Shown in pieces: positions 27,224-28,944 of a DNA stretch of 28,944 nt (position 1 is its first letter; the number at the start of each line of letters is the position of its first letter). A program made the translations under genes and the position numbers. Below the pieces are notes generated by a model. It did not search any database. It worked only from the letters and a program-made list of their open reading frames with translations, and had not been told where the DNA came from. Source of the stretch: a virus. Lineage: Duplodnaviria; Caudoviricetes. The DNA is taken from positions 1 to 28,944 of IMG/VR virus record IMGVR_UViG_3300044580_000534; one strand, 5' to 3'.

Positions 27224-27315
27224 AAAAAGCCGGGCATTACGAAATACAAATAGCCGGATGGTTAGGAATTTGCATTCCGTAACTCATCCGGCCATTTGGT
27301 AGCTCGTGCCCGGCT
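27224..27315 (-). ncRNA. 88-nt leader hairpin plus U-tract (attenuator-like)
   Basis: AGCCGGGCA/TGCCCGGCT, CAAATGGCCGGATG/CATCCGGCTATTTG and GGAAT-GCAA-ATTCC (GNRA loop), followed by TTTTT. Confidence 0.7.
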
Positions 27316-27348
27316 CCTTTGCTCGGTATGAACAATGGTATTTTAATG

Positions 27349-27492
27349 TTATTTCTTATTTGAAGGTTTTGTTTGGGATAGTGCACTGGCTGCGACAGAC
27401 TTTGTCTTTGCGCTGGTACGTCCATCACGTAGCAAAGACGATGCTTTACGCGCAACAGTAGCAGACGTTTGCTTTCGGTTTATTTTGGGCAT
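27349..27492 (-). CDS. 47-aa highly basic peptide (not in ORF track)
   Basis: AAGGAGGTG SD then MPKINRKQTSATVARKASSLLRDGRTSAKTKSVAASALSQTKPSNKK*. Confidence 0.75.
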   Translation of the reverse strand: MPKINRKQTSATVARKASSLLRDGRTSAKTKSVAASALSQTKPSNKK

Positions 27493-27542
27493 ATGTATCT
27501 CACCTCCTTTTGTAAGTCTGGGTATTGTGTGCTTTATCTAAA

Positions 27543-27695
27543 TCACGGGACTCTCATTGTGCATTCTTCGATGCAAGGAACCGTGACGAGCTTCTTACAC
27601 TGTGGGCATTTGAGCGAAACTTCGATTTTCTCTTTTGGTAGTTTTGAGATATCAAAGGCTCGTCTCCCGCACTTTGGACACTTCATCTTCTTCAT
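27543..27695 (-). CDS. 50-aa zinc-ribbon protein, Mu Com-like (not in ORF track)
   Basis: AAAGGAG SD then MKKMKCPKCGRRAFD...SLKCPQCKKLV with two CxxC pairs. Confidence 0.75.
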   Translation of the reverse strand: MKKMKCPKCGRRAFDISKLPKEKIEVSLKCPQCKKLVTVPCIEECTMRVP

Positions 27696-27717
27696 ATGAA
27701 TTCTCCTTTCTAAACAA

Positions 27718-27743
27718 ATTCGCGTGTTCGCGATTTTCTAACA
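27718..27743 (-). promoter_or_regulatory. Putative repressor operator, copy 1
   Basis: ATTCGCGTGTTCGCgatTTTCTAACA, 23/26 identical to 28918-28943, just upstream of the zinc-ribbon SD. Confidence 0.7.
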
Positions 27744-27781
27744 CTTGAGGTAAAAAAATATGTAATACTTAAGTGTAAAAT

Positions 27782-28501
27782 TTAGAACAAAATACTCCCA
27801 TCCTCGACCATACTCCCTTCGACTAAACCAAGATCAAACAAACGATATTTCATAGCGGTATATGATACATTAAACATATCTGCCATCTCTTCAACGCGTA
27901 GATCTACAGCAAGTGACCATTTTATCGGTAATGATTTGTGTGAGGGTATTTTCATAGTCTCGCGGAAAGCGAAAATCACAGCTTGGCGCGGCATAAGAAA
28001 GGCAGCGGTGGCTGCATTTGCTTGCCACTCGGTGATGTCCATACCAGTAAGATTTGGTTTCACTTTCCCGATACGGGCTGAAATATCCTGTGCTCGGCTA
28101 AAAGAGCGCTCTCGAAGAGCACGCTGATTAAACACTTTTTGATGAAGAATCTGATGGAAGGCTTCATGAATTACGGTAAAGTTCTCACGGCCTTTCACAG
28201 CTCCCGGCGCAACAAGTGAGTTATCAATCAAAATTGTACCTTTGGTTACAGGATGCTTTTTAGGGAGTTCACCCTCCCCACCATCCCAAACCCACCAATA
28301 TCCATCATTAAACGCAGTTACACCAAGAATCGATTGGTTGGGTGTTAGGTTCTTCCATTCATAAGGTACATCAAGACACGTTTCTATAAAGTCGTAGACA
28401 TCAATACCTTTAGGAATAGTAAGGCGCTCACTGTCAAATTCACGTAACTTGTCCTCAGCAATTTTTTCTAATTGGGCAACGCTATAATTATAGAACCACA
28501 A
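27782..28501 (-). CDS. ImmA/IrrE-family metallopeptidase
   Basis: RENFTVIHEAFHQ (HExxH), EWQANAATAAFLMP, FNVSYTAMKYRL; adjacent to the repressor. Confidence 0.9.
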   Translation of the reverse strand: MWFYNYSVAQLEKIAEDKLREFDSERLTIPKGIDVYDFIETCLDVPYEWKNLTPNQSILGVTAFNDGYWWVWDGGEGELPKKHPVTKGTILIDNSLVAPGAVKGRENFTVIHEAFHQILHQKVFNQRALRERSFSRAQDISARIGKVKPNLTGMDITEWQANAATAAFLMPRQAVIFAFRETMKIPSHKSLPIKWSLAVDLRVEEMADMFNVSYTAMKYRLFDLGLVEGSMVEDGSILF

Positions 28502-28515
28502 ATCTCAGTTCCCCC

Positions 28516-28896
28516 CTAATTAGACTCTTTTTCTTTGGCTTCGAGCATCTCGATAACCTTTTTCCATTCCTCATCTCCAGCATTTATATCCCTAGCTTTG
28601 CGAAGTGCAGCCCTGAGAGTCTCATTACCCATGATATATTCTGGTAGATCAGGTGAAACACTGTGCTTCTTTGCAAGAGCTGCAAGATCGTAAAGCGTGT
28701 TAGCCTCCTCTTGTGTCAATTGAAGCACTTCTATGATTTTTTCGATTTTATCTTTGTCAGGCGGGTAACGATGTCCCTTCTCAATATCGCTTAGGTAAGC
28801 TGGTGCCATGTTATCTAGTAACTCTGCTAGTTTACGAAGATTAATCTTTTTCTCCTTACGCTTCATTTCAACATACTGACCAAAAGTCAGATTCAT
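28516..28896 (-). CDS. Xre-family HTH repressor (ImmR-like)
   Basis: LRKLAELL...APAYLSDIEKG HTH; AGGAGG SD before ATG28896. Confidence 0.9.
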   Translation of the reverse strand: MNLTFGQYVEMKRKEKKINLRKLAELLDNMAPAYLSDIEKGHRYPPDKDKIEKIIEVLQLTQEEANTLYDLAALAKKHSVSPDLPEYIMGNETLRAALRKARDINAGDEEWKKVIEMLEAKEKESN

Positions 28897-28917
28897 TTTA
28901 CATACCTCCTGTAATAT

Positions 28918-28943
28918 ATTCGCGTGTTCGCTAATTTCTAACA
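28918..28943 (-). promoter_or_regulatory. Putative repressor operator, copy 2
   Basis: ATTCGCGTGTTCGCtaaTTTCTAACA just upstream of the repressor SD. Confidence 0.7.
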
Positions 28944-28944
28944 T

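Larger units (their letters stand above)
4989..28944 (-). mobile_element. Element B: rearranged HK97-like siphoviral prophage (immunity, replication, packaging, head, tail); distal tail and lysis genes absent
   Basis: Canonical gene order is recovered if ~16189-24995 is re-inverted. Confidence 0.92.

Noticed and set aside
1-28944. tRNA, rRNA, CRISPR array, diversity-generating retroelement, integrase/att sites
   Set aside because: No cloverleaf, repeat-spacer array, reverse transcriptase or recombinase recognised in the window.

Overview
The window holds two fused Firmicutes (probably Clostridia) mobile elements pointing towards each other. Element A (1-~4990, + strand) is a phage-like replication module: sigma70 region-4 gene, small conserved gene, SNF2 helicase, two replication accessory genes and a family A DNA polymerase cut off mid-gene. 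Element B (~4990-28944) is an HK97-like siphoviral prophage written mainly on the - strand. It runs from Xre repressor and ImmA protease through a sigma-like gene, DUF2800, PolA, antirepressor, VirE primase-helicase, VRR-NUC, SNF2, late activator, HNH, TerS and an amidoligase/GGCT cassette to TerL, portal, ClpP, capsid, neck, tail and tape measure genes. Element B is scrambled: an ~8.8 kb inversion (~16189-24995) with gene loss at both ends, a nested ~370 bp inversion plus two frameshifts in the antirepressor, a microhomology deletion in the primase, and a PolA/tape-measure fusion. These breaks could be real prophage decay or amplification/assembly chimeras. The best candidate for an undescribed system is a regulatory cassette present in both elements with the same architecture but unrelated leader sequence: long RNA hairpin, U-tract, SD-sequestering stem, sigma-r4 gene, bipartite N15 promoter-like motif, small conserved gene. 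In B it is preceded by two small genes missing from the ORF track (a Com-like zinc ribbon and a basic peptide). Also seen: a -1 frameshift site in the tail chaperone, an iteron-like origin, repressor operators and a probable cos region. Family assignments come from motif recognition only; no database search was run.
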